This document shows positions 30,820 through 39,912 of a DNA stretch of 64,000 nucleotides, in pieces; position 1 is the first letter of the stretch, and each line of letters starts with the position of its first letter. The notes under the pieces are model-generated. The model ran no database searches and had not been told where the DNA came from. It was given only the letters and a program-made list of their open reading frames with translations. Location: positions 1 through 64,000 of the IMG/VR virus record IMGVR_UViG_3300031555_004294. One strand, 5' to 3'. Origin of the DNA: a virus. Lineage: Duplodnaviria; Caudoviricetes. The position numbers and the translations under genes were made by a program.

Positions 30820-31437
30820 TTATTCCCATGGTTCTTTAAACTTATCAACATCAATTCCAAGATGCTCAAAGTACTCCATAATCCTAGTAATAGCAGCATT
30901 ACCTATACCACGTATATCATAAAGTTCCTTCCTACTATTTAATTTCAATATCTCATCAAAAGTCTTAATCCCTTTCCTAGTCATAGCTCTTTCGATTCTA
31001 ACTTTCATTTTGTCATGTTTAATGAAAACCATACTAATTCCATTAACAGTCCAGAAAAATAATCCATTACTACTGTCAACTCCATTAACATTTCTACTAG
31101 AATAGTTCCTTGACTTATACTCACTAAATCCACCATTATTAATATAACTCATCCTTTCTCTCATTCTTAATTTTCTTAGTTCTTTAAGTATGATTTGTGT
31201 TATTCTTCCTGTTGTTATGTCATGTATTTTACTAATCTCTTTTAAGGCTAATCCATCAGAAAAATATAGTTTAAGGATATCTTTAGACCTATCAGGAAAA
31301 ATTTCATCATTTTGTATGACACTGATAAGTCTATCACCTATATCGGAAGTATATTTTTCATCATCTGAATCTAAAATTGCTCTGAAAAGGTTCTCAGGAT
31401 AATTGTAATATTTGGCGTAATCATAAAATCTGTACAT
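30820..31437 (-). CDS. Sigma70 region-4-like HTH fused to an RNAP alpha-CTD-like domain
   Basis: LKEISKIHDITTGRITQIILKELRKLR; RAMTRKGIKTFDEI....ELYDIRGIGNAAITRI. Confidence 0.7.
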   Translation of the reverse strand: MYRFYDYAKYYNYPENLFRAILDSDDEKYTSDIGDRLISVIQNDEIFPDRSKDILKLYFSDGLALKEISKIHDITTGRITQIILKELRKLRMRERMSYINNGGFSEYKSRNYSSRNVNGVDSSNGLFFWTVNGISMVFIKHDKMKVRIERAMTRKGIKTFDEILKLNSRKELYDIRGIGNAAITRIMEYFEHLGIDVDKFKEPWE

Positions 31438-31650
31438 AGTATATATCTCCTTTTGTATGGTAAATTTAAACTAACAATGGTTCTTATAGTTGAAAGATAT
31501 ATAGATGTAAGGGTTGATAATACGAATTGGAAAAAATATAAGAAGAATAATTAAGAAAATAGTTGCTAATCTTCTTATGAAAAACAAGTTATTAAACAAT
31601 GTATAAAGCATATAACTTAATACATTAAATTTAAAAAGAAAGGGTGAATT

Positions 31651-32943
31651 ATGTTGACCTTTGATGAAAAAGTGTTTCAAATGCGAAACAATGGACTAAC
31701 ATGGAGAGAGATAGCTACTAATCTAGCAATCGATTATCCAGATTTAACTTTCCAACAATGCTACGATAAAGCAAGAAATGTATGGAGACGTGAAAGAAAA
31801 CTTAAAACTCAACAAGAACAAGACATAAAAATCAATGAATCAGAGGAAAGAATCCAGCAAAAAAGCTATGAAATAAGAGCAGATGGAAGTAGAGTGTTTG
31901 AAGATATTCTAACTGTCATGGAAAATGAAAAAGATATAAGCCCAGAAGAAATAATAGAAGCACATAATCTTAATCCAAGACAATGGGAAGTACTCAATTA
32001 TAAAACAAACTACTGGCAAGCGCAAGCAAAAGATAATAAAAAAGCACTCTTATATCAGAGCAAACTTACTGTAAAACCAAAAGATAAGGTAGAGATTACA
32101 TTTGAAGATATAGATGACTATTTTAAGGATAAAGACTATTCAAAAGATAAGTTACCTACTTGTAGTTATGATTATGATCCAGATGGCGAAATATTAGAGA
32201 TAAAAATTCCTGATTTACATATTGGTTTACTATCATGGAGAGAAGAAACCAATGTAGATTATGATTTGAAGATAGTAAAACAAAGATTCTTCCAATGCAT
32301 TAATGATATACTTGAAAGATGTAAAGGACGTAAATTTAAAAAGATAGTATTCGTAACTTTAGGAGATTTACTCCATGTAGATAATGATAAACAAGAAACT
32401 ACAAATGGTACTTTCCAGCAAGTAGATGGAAGAGTAGCTAAGATAACAGAGTGTGCAGAAGATTTATTAATAGATACACTTACAATGCTGGGAGATAAAG
32501 CACCAGTTGAATACATATATCTTTGTGGTAATCATGATAGAACAGTCGGTTATATGCTTGCAAGAAGTGTTTCAAATGCTTTTAGAAATGATAAGAATAT
32601 TACGTGTGATATATCACCAAATCCAATTAAATATAGAAGATATGGAGTTGGTTTGGTATTATACCACCATGGTGATGCTCCTAAAAAGAATATTGCAGAA
32701 TTGCCAATGAAATATGCAAAAGAAGAATTATCATATGCAAAGTTTGTTGAAATAAACTTGGGCCATTATCATGATGAAGAAGTAAAGTCTATTAATGGTT
32801 CAAGAGTAAGATATTTTCCAACTATATGTGCATCAAGTTATTGGGAACATCAACAAGGATATAAATCGCCAGTAAATGCAATAGTGTGTGATATAAGAAA
32901 TGAAAAAACAGGTCTAAGAGACACATGGTATAGTATGGTCTAA
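31651..32943 (+). CDS. Calcineurin-like metallophosphoesterase with N-terminal HTH
   Basis: DLH, GDLLH, GNHD, HHGD and GHYH motifs. Confidence 0.85.
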   Translation: MLTFDEKVFQMRNNGLTWREIATNLAIDYPDLTFQQCYDKARNVWRRERKLKTQQEQDIKINESEERIQQKSYEIRADGSRVFEDILTVMENEKDISPEEIIEAHNLNPRQWEVLNYKTNYWQAQAKDNKKALLYQSKLTVKPKDKVEITFEDIDDYFKDKDYSKDKLPTCSYDYDPDGEILEIKIPDLHIGLLSWREETNVDYDLKIVKQRFFQCINDILERCKGRKFKKIVFVTLGDLLHVDNDKQETTNGTFQQVDGRVAKITECAEDLLIDTLTMLGDKAPVEYIYLCGNHDRTVGYMLARSVSNAFRNDKNITCDISPNPIKYRRYGVGLVLYHHGDAPKKNIAELPMKYAKEELSYAKFVEINLGHYHDEEVKSINGSRVRYFPTICASSYWEHQQGYKSPVNAIVCDIRNEKTGLRDTWYSMV

Positions 32944-33038
32944 TAAGATGACAATTAATACGAGTTTCCCTTATATCTTAATTGGTATAAATGGTAAAAA
33001 ATAGAAATCTTTTATAAAGAAAGGTAGAAATACTAAAA

Positions 33039-33479
33039 ATGACACTCAATGAAAATCAAAAAGAAATGTATAAAAATTGTATTTTCTTAAATGAAAGTCT
33101 AACTAAAAAGAAAGAAACTATTCCAGCAACTTACTATACTACTATAGCTCAGTTAAGCTCAGCTTTATCAACTAAGATACTTCAAATAAAAACGATAAAA
33201 TCAGTGAATGCCAATAAAGATGACCACAATTTGATTATTACTTTAAAATATCCTACAGATAAATTTCGTTTTGAAAATGCTAAAGATGAAAAGATATGGA
33301 GTGATAGTATAAAGGATATCGATAAAGTTTTAGGTAGTTTAAAGAAACTAGTAAGAGATAAAACTGAGTTGCATGATACTGTATCAAACTACTATTTAGA
33401 TTTTAGTGAGTTTATTGTAAAGATTTCTTTTTATCATGAAGATGATAATTTTCAGATTAAGTTTAAATATGTTAAGTAA
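33039..33479 (+). CDS. Putative internal head protein with shared leader
   Basis: MTLNENQKEMYKNCIFLNE leader shared with the next two genes. Confidence 0.55.
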   Translation: MTLNENQKEMYKNCIFLNESLTKKKETIPATYYTTIAQLSSALSTKILQIKTIKSVNANKDDHNLIITLKYPTDKFRFENAKDEKIWSDSIKDIDKVLGSLKKLVRDKTELHDTVSNYYLDFSEFIVKISFYHEDDNFQIKFKYVK

Positions 33480-33519
33480 ATTTAAAGAGGATTACCAAAG
33501 TAGGTAATCCTCTTATTTA

Positions 33520-34110
33520 TTACTTAGCATTTTTTAATCGTTTGTATTCATTTATAAAATTTCTTACATTAATAGAAATTTTTAAATTTGATTCTTGGAC
33601 TAGTTTTATATATGCAATAGCATCTACATAGTTTTTATGTTCTTTAGTAAAAATTTTATTAAAGAACTTACAATGCTGCATTGAATTTTTATATCCTACA
33701 AATTCCATATAAAATTGAAGTTTGTTTTGATATTCAAAACAAAATCCATTTAAATACTGTATTAAATCTTTATCAGATTTTGGTTTTTCGTCATGTGTAG
33801 TTTCATAATCTTTTATTAAATACTTTTTTAGTTCTGGGTGTTTATTTATATAGTCTAAACTAAAACTATTATTTCCTAGTGTAATTAACTTTACCTCACT
33901 GCATTTAGGTAATTTTTTTATACTAGCATAATCATCCATAGCAATAGGTAAAGCTTTTATAGCCTTTTTATTTAAGACACCCTCAACAATGACGTCTGCA
34001 GCAGTAAGAATAGCTAACACGGCAGTAATTGTTAATCCTGCTCCAACAATTCCTTCATTCAAAAATGTACAATCTTTATACATTTCTATTTGTTTTTCAT
34101 TAAGCTTCAT
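33520..34110 (-). CDS. Putative internal head protein with shared leader
   Basis: MKLNEKQIEMYKDCTFLNE followed by a hydrophobic segment. Confidence 0.55.
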   Translation of the reverse strand: MKLNEKQIEMYKDCTFLNEGIVGAGLTITAVLAILTAADVIVEGVLNKKAIKALPIAMDDYASIKKLPKCSEVKLITLGNNSFSLDYINKHPELKKYLIKDYETTHDEKPKSDKDLIQYLNGFCFEYQNKLQFYMEFVGYKNSMQHCKFFNKIFTKEHKNYVDAIAYIKLVQESNLKISINVRNFINEYKRLKNAK

Positions 34111-34127
34111 CTTTTTATTTCACTCCT

Positions 34128-34955
34128 TTACTTTAGGACTTTTAAATAATAGTAACCGTCATCCCAGTCACCATCTGCTTTTATCTGGCATTTATACTTA
34201 GATAACTTTGCATTAACATTTCTTTCAAACTCATCAGAATACTTCCAGAATTCATTTTGAATATCTGTGTCTCTAGGAGTCTTACTAAATTTAAGTAAGT
34301 CATAATCACCTATAGGAAGTTTATCCTTAACACCATCTATAAAGTCATCTCTGTAGTTATCCTTATAAGATTCACTAGCATAATCTAAAATGCCAATTGA
34401 GTTCTTTATTGGATACTTAGCTTTTATTGCTTTTAACTCTTCCTTGAAAGTATTTATTGCAAATACTAGCAGCTTTTTACGCTCATCAGGATTACTCTTA
34501 CTATCTTCAAATGTAATTGGGATATTATATTTCTTGATGAAATTAGCAGCACTATCAACTTCAGTTTCTAATATTTCTGTTTCTGTTCTTAATTGTTTAC
34601 CGTATTTTTTATCACTCTTACTAACAAATGAACCTTGAAATCTTACCTTATATAAGTAAATCTTTAAGTTTTTTAAAGCAGATTCATACTTTCTGTTTAT
34701 GATGATAGGAGTATTATATTCATTAATACTTGATTCATGTTCTTTCCATTCTGCTAATCGTCCTTTAGCACTAAAACCTATTTGAACTCTTAATGTTTTG
34801 CTTTTTGTCTCATGTACACTAGTGTTAGTTCTTAACGTATTACCACTTACTGGATATGTAGTTGCGTAGTAACCTACGGATTGTTTATTAAATAAACTTT
34901 CGTTCAGGAACACACAATTTTTATACATTTCTGTTTGTTTTTCATTTAAAATCAT
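34128..34955 (-). CDS. Putative internal head protein with shared leader
   Basis: MILNEKQTEMYKNCVFLNE; AACA-N6-TA upstream (35004-15). Confidence 0.55.
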   Translation of the reverse strand: MILNEKQTEMYKNCVFLNESLFNKQSVGYYATTYPVSGNTLRTNTSVHETKSKTLRVQIGFSAKGRLAEWKEHESSINEYNTPIIINRKYESALKNLKIYLYKVRFQGSFVSKSDKKYGKQLRTETEILETEVDSAANFIKKYNIPITFEDSKSNPDERKKLLVFAINTFKEELKAIKAKYPIKNSIGILDYASESYKDNYRDDFIDGVKDKLPIGDYDLLKFSKTPRDTDIQNEFWKYSDEFERNVNAKLSKYKCQIKADGDWDDGYYYLKVLK

Positions 34956-35115
34956 AACTTTTCTTACTCCATCCTTTCCTTATGAATTAGTAAGTTTTCC
35001 TATTAATCTATTGTTTTTCATGTAAAAATATAATTTATCAAAACATTAAAAATGAATGAAAATTTTATTTATATATCATTACCTTAGTAAAATTTTAATA
35101 AGGAAAGGATAGACT

Positions 35116-35742
35116 ATGAAACCACTAACTAAGCAACAAGTATTTGATTTGCAGCTCAAATGGAACATTAAGGCATCACCAAGTATAATGAAAAAGAAAA
35201 ATTGGTGGAATCATAAAGAGTACTGGGATTGGATTTCTGAAAATTGCGAGTTACCTAATGACTTCATTGACGAATTTAATGAGTATTTGGACTTCTATGA
35301 GCTTTCTAATAACGAATCAATATCAGAAGAAGTTTTTAGAAAATTCAAGGATAAAAAAGATATAGACTGGTTTTCTATAAAAGTTAGATTTCCACCATTT
35401 TCTAACAACTTTATCAATGATATGATAAAAGAGCATTACATAGAACCAACTTTAGATGATTCTCAGTATGACGATCTCGGAGGTAAATATTTCAGTATTA
35501 CTGATGATTTCGTTAAACAATATCATACTAGTGATTTCTATAATAAGTTTTACGATATAAGATTTTGGCGAGATATGCATGAATTTATCACTGAAATGAG
35601 TGTCGATTATTTCGACCAAGATATAATCAATCAATTTAAGAAGCAATATAAGAAACAACTTGACTATATTTCCGACCAAAAGAATCATGATAGATTTTAT
35701 TACACAGATGATGATGCATTCTTGGCTGTTTTTTGTTGGTAA
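35116..35742 (+). CDS. Trp-repeat family protein
   Basis: LTKQQVFDLQLKW leader; L..DFI.EF...LD repeats. Confidence 0.65.
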   Translation: MKPLTKQQVFDLQLKWNIKASPSIMKKKNWWNHKEYWDWISENCELPNDFIDEFNEYLDFYELSNNESISEEVFRKFKDKKDIDWFSIKVRFPPFSNNFINDMIKEHYIEPTLDDSQYDDLGGKYFSITDDFVKQYHTSDFYNKFYDIRFWRDMHEFITEMSVDYFDQDIINQFKKQYKKQLDYISDQKNHDRFYYTDDDAFLAVFCW

Positions 35743-35771
35743 TAAATTATTAACTTTGGAGGTTTAATCAT

Positions 35772-36047
35772 ATGTCCAGAAAAAACAATCTTAATGTACC
35801 TGATGATTATCTTGAACAGGTCTGGTGGGCAGAAGGCTTTAAAGAATATCATGAAGTAAATCATGGTTACTTACTTGCTCAGTATTCACTTGGTAATAAG
35901 CAAAAGTATATTGTTTCATTAGGAGATATAACTTCTACAGTTGTAAGACATGTAGACAAGTATTATTACACTGAGAAAGAAGCATATGCATCTATAATTG
36001 AGTTACCATCTGCAAATAGAATGGGAGAATATAGTAGATACAGCTAA
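35772..36047 (+). CDS. Hypothetical protein
   Basis: GGAGG RBS; 91 aa. Confidence 0.55.
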   Translation: MSRKNNLNVPDDYLEQVWWAEGFKEYHEVNHGYLLAQYSLGNKQKYIVSLGDITSTVVRHVDKYYYTEKEAYASIIELPSANRMGEYSRYS

Positions 36048-36489
36048 CATGAAACCACTAGAACTAACTAAAAAACAACTATTTGATTTACAGTTCAAGT
36101 ATCCTGAAATAGATGAAATTGGAAGGAATAATATTGATCTTGGTAGATACGGTGGCTATTATAAGAATTTTCTAAGTTGGTACGAAAATGAAGAAACTTG
36201 GAATTTTCTTATTACAAATCATAAAGATAAACTAACTGAAGAATTCCTTAGTGAGTTTATAGAGCAAGTAACATGGGTGAATGTTTATTGCATTTGTGAA
36301 CACTATGAACTTTCTGAAGAATTTATGAAAAAGTATAAAGATTATCTATACTGGCCGTATATTCTTATGTTCCAGAAACTTTCTTTATCATTTTTAGATG
36401 AAATGTCAGAATACTTGAACTATTTAAACAAAGAACGGTTTTTACCACCAAGTCTATTAGATGATACAAGAAAAGCATTAACACAATAA
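35998..36489 (+). CDS. Trp-repeat family protein (true start may be the downstream MKPLEL)
   Basis: LTKKQLFDLQFKY; LSEEFMKKYKDYLYW. Confidence 0.65.
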   Translation: MSYHLQIEWENIVDTANMKPLELTKKQLFDLQFKYPEIDEIGRNNIDLGRYGGYYKNFLSWYENEETWNFLITNHKDKLTEEFLSEFIEQVTWVNVYCICEHYELSEEFMKKYKDYLYWPYILMFQKLSLSFLDEMSEYLNYLNKERFLPPSLLDDTRKALTQ

Positions 36490-36561
36490 AACGTTTAGAA
36501 GATTACCTATTTCATTAGGTAATCTTCTTTCTTTTTTAATGACTCGTTAAAGGAAATTATT

Positions 36562-36903
36562 ATGAGTATTTTACCAAAACCACTAACGAAAAAACAGATA
36601 TTTGATTTAAAGTTTAAATGGAACTTAGATACTGGTCTATTAGACGAAGGCGATGTTTTACTATTCTTTAGAGTTTTAGCATATACTACTGAATTATCTG
36701 AAGACTTTATGAGAGAGTTTAAAGATAATTTAGATTGGAAAAGTGTTTGTATGTGGCAAAAATTATCATCAGAAGAATTTATCTATGAGTTGAGAGAATA
36801 TATAGATTGGAGATGTTTGATTGAATATCAAAGAGATAATATTTCTTTAGATTTTTACCAAAAAATGAAACATGAAGGTTATATAAAACCATGGTATCAC
36901 TAA
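36562..36903 (+). CDS. Trp-repeat family protein
   Basis: LTKKQIFDLKFKW; LSEDFMREFKDNLDW; EGYI end. Confidence 0.7.
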   Translation: MSILPKPLTKKQIFDLKFKWNLDTGLLDEGDVLLFFRVLAYTTELSEDFMREFKDNLDWKSVCMWQKLSSEEFIYELREYIDWRCLIEYQRDNISLDFYQKMKHEGYIKPWYH

Positions 36904-37229
36904 CTAAGAAACAGATATTCGATTTAAAGTTTAAATGGGGTGTAGAGAAGGGAAATTTTGAAAGTCCACTTTTTCAAAAATTATTCTTTATAGATGTTGC
37001 ATACAAAGCTATTTTATCTGAGGAATTTATAAGAGATTTCAAAGATCAGTTAGATTGGGATGGTATTTCTAGATACCAACAGTTATCAGAAGACTTCATT
37101 GAAGAAATGAAAAATTATGTAAACTGGCAGATAATAATTAACAGTCAAAAATTATCTACTGCGCTCTATGAGAAAATGAAGAAAGAAGGATATATAAATG
37201 AAAACATTAACAAAGCATCAAATATTTAA
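36891..37229 (+). CDS. Trp-repeat family protein
   Basis: LTKKQIFDLKFKW; LSEEFIRDFKDQLDW; EGYI. Confidence 0.7.
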   Translation: MVSLTKKQIFDLKFKWGVEKGNFESPLFQKLFFIDVAYKAILSEEFIRDFKDQLDWDGISRYQQLSEDFIEEMKNYVNWQIIINSQKLSTALYEKMKKEGYINENINKASNI

Positions 37230-37485
37230 CCTAAAATTTAAATGGCAAATACAACCCAACCCAGATGTTCCAAATGCATATCAAGATCCTTATTATAACG
37301 ATGATGAATTTTGGTATGATGTATTTGATAGTTTTGATCTTTTTATAGGTGATGAACTATCATTAGATGAGCTTGATAGACTTAATTCTGAGTTTGTAAT
37401 GGATTATTGGCCACAGATAGAATGGTTTTTAGAAGATGGTGGCTATTGGTCTAAGGAGTATCCTGAATGTATCTTAGATGAATAA
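37198..37485 (+). CDS. Small acidic protein with the same N-terminal motif
   Basis: LTKHQIFNLKFKW. Confidence 0.6.
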   Translation: MKTLTKHQIFNLKFKWQIQPNPDVPNAYQDPYYNDDEFWYDVFDSFDLFIGDELSLDELDRLNSEFVMDYWPQIEWFLEDGGYWSKEYPECILDE

Positions 37486-37568
37486 TCATATTCCGTATTT
37501 ATCCTCGTTTTAACTATATATCCTAAATTTGATTCAAAAATCAATATTTTTTACAAGGAGAAACAAAA

Positions 37569-38114
37569 ATGAAAAAAGTTTTAATCGTTGTCGATATGCA
37601 AAATGATTTTATCGACGGTGCTCTTGGAACTAAGGAAGCACAAGCAATTGTACCAAAGGTCATTGAAAAGATCAAAAATTTTGATGGTCAGGATATAATT
37701 GTAACCAAGGATACCCATAACAGAAGAGATTATTCTGTAACTCAGGAAGGAAGATTACTACCTGTAGAGCATTGTATTGATGGAACTACTGGATGGGAAC
37801 TTAATAGAGAGGTTGATGATCTTCTTTTCCGTTTAAACAATGTTGACTATGTTAAAAAGGCAACTTTTGGCAGTACTTATATAGCTGAAACTTTAAAAGA
37901 ATATGGTGAACAGTATGAGAGAATTGGTGAAATTACACTCATTGGTCTTTGTACTGACATCTGTGTGGTTTCTAATGCGATGCTTCTTAAAGCTTTCCTT
38001 CCTGAGACTAAAATCATTGTTGATGCTTCTTGCTGTGCTGGCGTAACCCCTGAAACTCATAAAGCAGCATTGACCACTATGAAAATGTGTCAAATCGAAG
38101 TGATCGGAGAATAA
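37569..38114 (+). CDS. pncA: Nicotinamidase (isochorismatase family)
   Basis: VVDMQNDF, D.H, HC..GT.G, KATFG, GLCTDICV; adjacent to pncB. Confidence 0.85.
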   Translation: MKKVLIVVDMQNDFIDGALGTKEAQAIVPKVIEKIKNFDGQDIIVTKDTHNRRDYSVTQEGRLLPVEHCIDGTTGWELNREVDDLLFRLNNVDYVKKATFGSTYIAETLKEYGEQYERIGEITLIGLCTDICVVSNAMLLKAFLPETKIIVDASCCAGVTPETHKAALTTMKMCQIEVIGE

Positions 38115-38117
38115 TAT

Positions 38118-38666
38118 ATGAACATCATCAAAAAGTTTTTTGGTCATTTAATGACTGTTCATAAACATCGTAAAACAGTCCGTAGACTTTGTTTCCGTTG
38201 TGGATTATATTGGCAAGGAATTACACATGACTTGTCAAAATACTCTCCCACTGAGTTTATTAATGGAGTTAGATTCTTTACTGGGAAAGGATCACCCCAT
38301 CTTGGTGAAAGAGCTAAGTATGGTTATTCAAAAGCATGGCTTCATCATAAAAGTCATAACAAGCATCATGCAGAATATTGGCAAGATATTCTACCAGATG
38401 GAAAGTCTGGACCTATTAGAATGCCAGTAAAATATTTTGCAGAAATGATGTGTGATAGAGTAGCGGCATCTAAAATCTATTTGAAAGATGAGTATACTTG
38501 CGAGTCTCCTTTGAGGTATTATAGAACTCATAGAGATGAAAACCAGTTTAATCTTTCAGATAGAGAAAAATTAGAAGACCTTTTATTAGTGATGGCTTTA
38601 TCTGGAGAAGATATTATGTTTGACCGTTTGAAAAAGATGTGTAAAACCAATCAGAAAGGGAAATAA
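38118..38666 (+). CDS. HD-superfamily hydrolase (DUF5662-like)
   Basis: H...HDLSK...AWLHHK..NKHH.EYW...EM.CDR. Confidence 0.75.
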   Translation: MNIIKKFFGHLMTVHKHRKTVRRLCFRCGLYWQGITHDLSKYSPTEFINGVRFFTGKGSPHLGERAKYGYSKAWLHHKSHNKHHAEYWQDILPDGKSGPIRMPVKYFAEMMCDRVAASKIYLKDEYTCESPLRYYRTHRDENQFNLSDREKLEDLLLVMALSGEDIMFDRLKKMCKTNQKGK

Positions 38667-38668
38667 TT

Positions 38669-39886
38669 ATGATGACTCTAAGTCCTATTATTGTATCGCT
38701 TCTTGATACTGATCTGTACAAGTTCAACATGAATCAGGTCATGTTCCATAAACACACTAACTTGAATGGTAAATATCTATTCAAGTGTAGAAATGAGAAT
38801 ATTGACTTTACTCCTGAAATGGTTAAGGAAATTAACGAACAAATTGACTATTTATGTTCTCTTACTTTTTCAGATGAAGAACTTGATTATCTTGGCTCTT
38901 TAAGATTTATTAAGAGTGACTATGTAGAGTTCCTTAGACTTTGGAGACCTCTCCGTAGATATGTAAATTGTTGGAGGTCTCCTAAGAAACTTGAAAATGG
39001 AAATATTATAGGAGACTTGAATATTACAATTGAAGGTCCACTCTTCTCAGTCATGCAATTTGAAATCTATCTTCTTGAAATTGTTAATGAAACCTATTTC
39101 AGAATGAAGTATGATTATATGCGTCTTATGGATTCTGCAAAAGAAAAACTTGATCATAAGATCGAAGGATTCAAAACAGAAGAATATAATTTCAAGTTTG
39201 CAGAATTTGGTTGTCGTAGAAGACTTTCCAGAGAATGGCAAGATTATGTAGTAGGTGAACTACTTAAAACTGGTAAGTGTGTTGGTACATCAAATGTTTA
39301 TCTTGCTATGAAATATGGTTGTAAGCCTATTGGAACTTATGCTCATGAGTATGTACAGATGTATCAAGGCATTCCTGGTGTTACTCTTGCATATACAAAT
39401 AAAATGGCAATGGAAGAATGGTTTGATGAATATCAAGGTGATAATGGAACTGCATTAACTGATACACTGGGAACTGATTTGTTCCTCATGGATTTCAACA
39501 AGCTTCAAGCTACCTGTTATACTGGGGTAAGACATGATAGTGGCGATCCTATTGAATGGGGTGAAAAGATTATCGCTCATTATATCAAGCTTGGCATTGA
39601 TCCCAAAACAAAGACTTTATTGTTTAGTGATAGTCTTAACTTTGTTAAAGCACAAGACATATATAACCATTTCAGAGGACGTATCAATGTAAGTTTTGGT
39701 ATTGGAACTTATCTCTCCAATGATACAGATGTTGATCCATTAAACATTGTTATCAAACTTCAGTATGTTAATGGACATCCTGTAGCAAAGATCAGTGATA
39801 CACCTGGAAAGGCAATGTGTCAAGATAATAGTTATCTTGCATATTTGAAAAACGCAGTCGATTATAGACTAAAGGAAAAAATTTAA
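38669..39886 (+). CDS. pncB: Nicotinate phosphoribosyltransferase
   Basis: SLLDTDLYK, FGCRRR, GTSN, GTYAHE, GVRHDSGDP, FSDSL, FGIGT, KISD. Confidence 0.92.
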   Translation: MMTLSPIIVSLLDTDLYKFNMNQVMFHKHTNLNGKYLFKCRNENIDFTPEMVKEINEQIDYLCSLTFSDEELDYLGSLRFIKSDYVEFLRLWRPLRRYVNCWRSPKKLENGNIIGDLNITIEGPLFSVMQFEIYLLEIVNETYFRMKYDYMRLMDSAKEKLDHKIEGFKTEEYNFKFAEFGCRRRLSREWQDYVVGELLKTGKCVGTSNVYLAMKYGCKPIGTYAHEYVQMYQGIPGVTLAYTNKMAMEEWFDEYQGDNGTALTDTLGTDLFLMDFNKLQATCYTGVRHDSGDPIEWGEKIIAHYIKLGIDPKTKTLLFSDSLNFVKAQDIYNHFRGRINVSFGIGTYLSNDTDVDPLNIVIKLQYVNGHPVAKISDTPGKAMCQDNSYLAYLKNAVDYRLKEKI

Positions 39887-39912
39887 AATTTTTATAAAAG
39901 GAGAAACACAAA

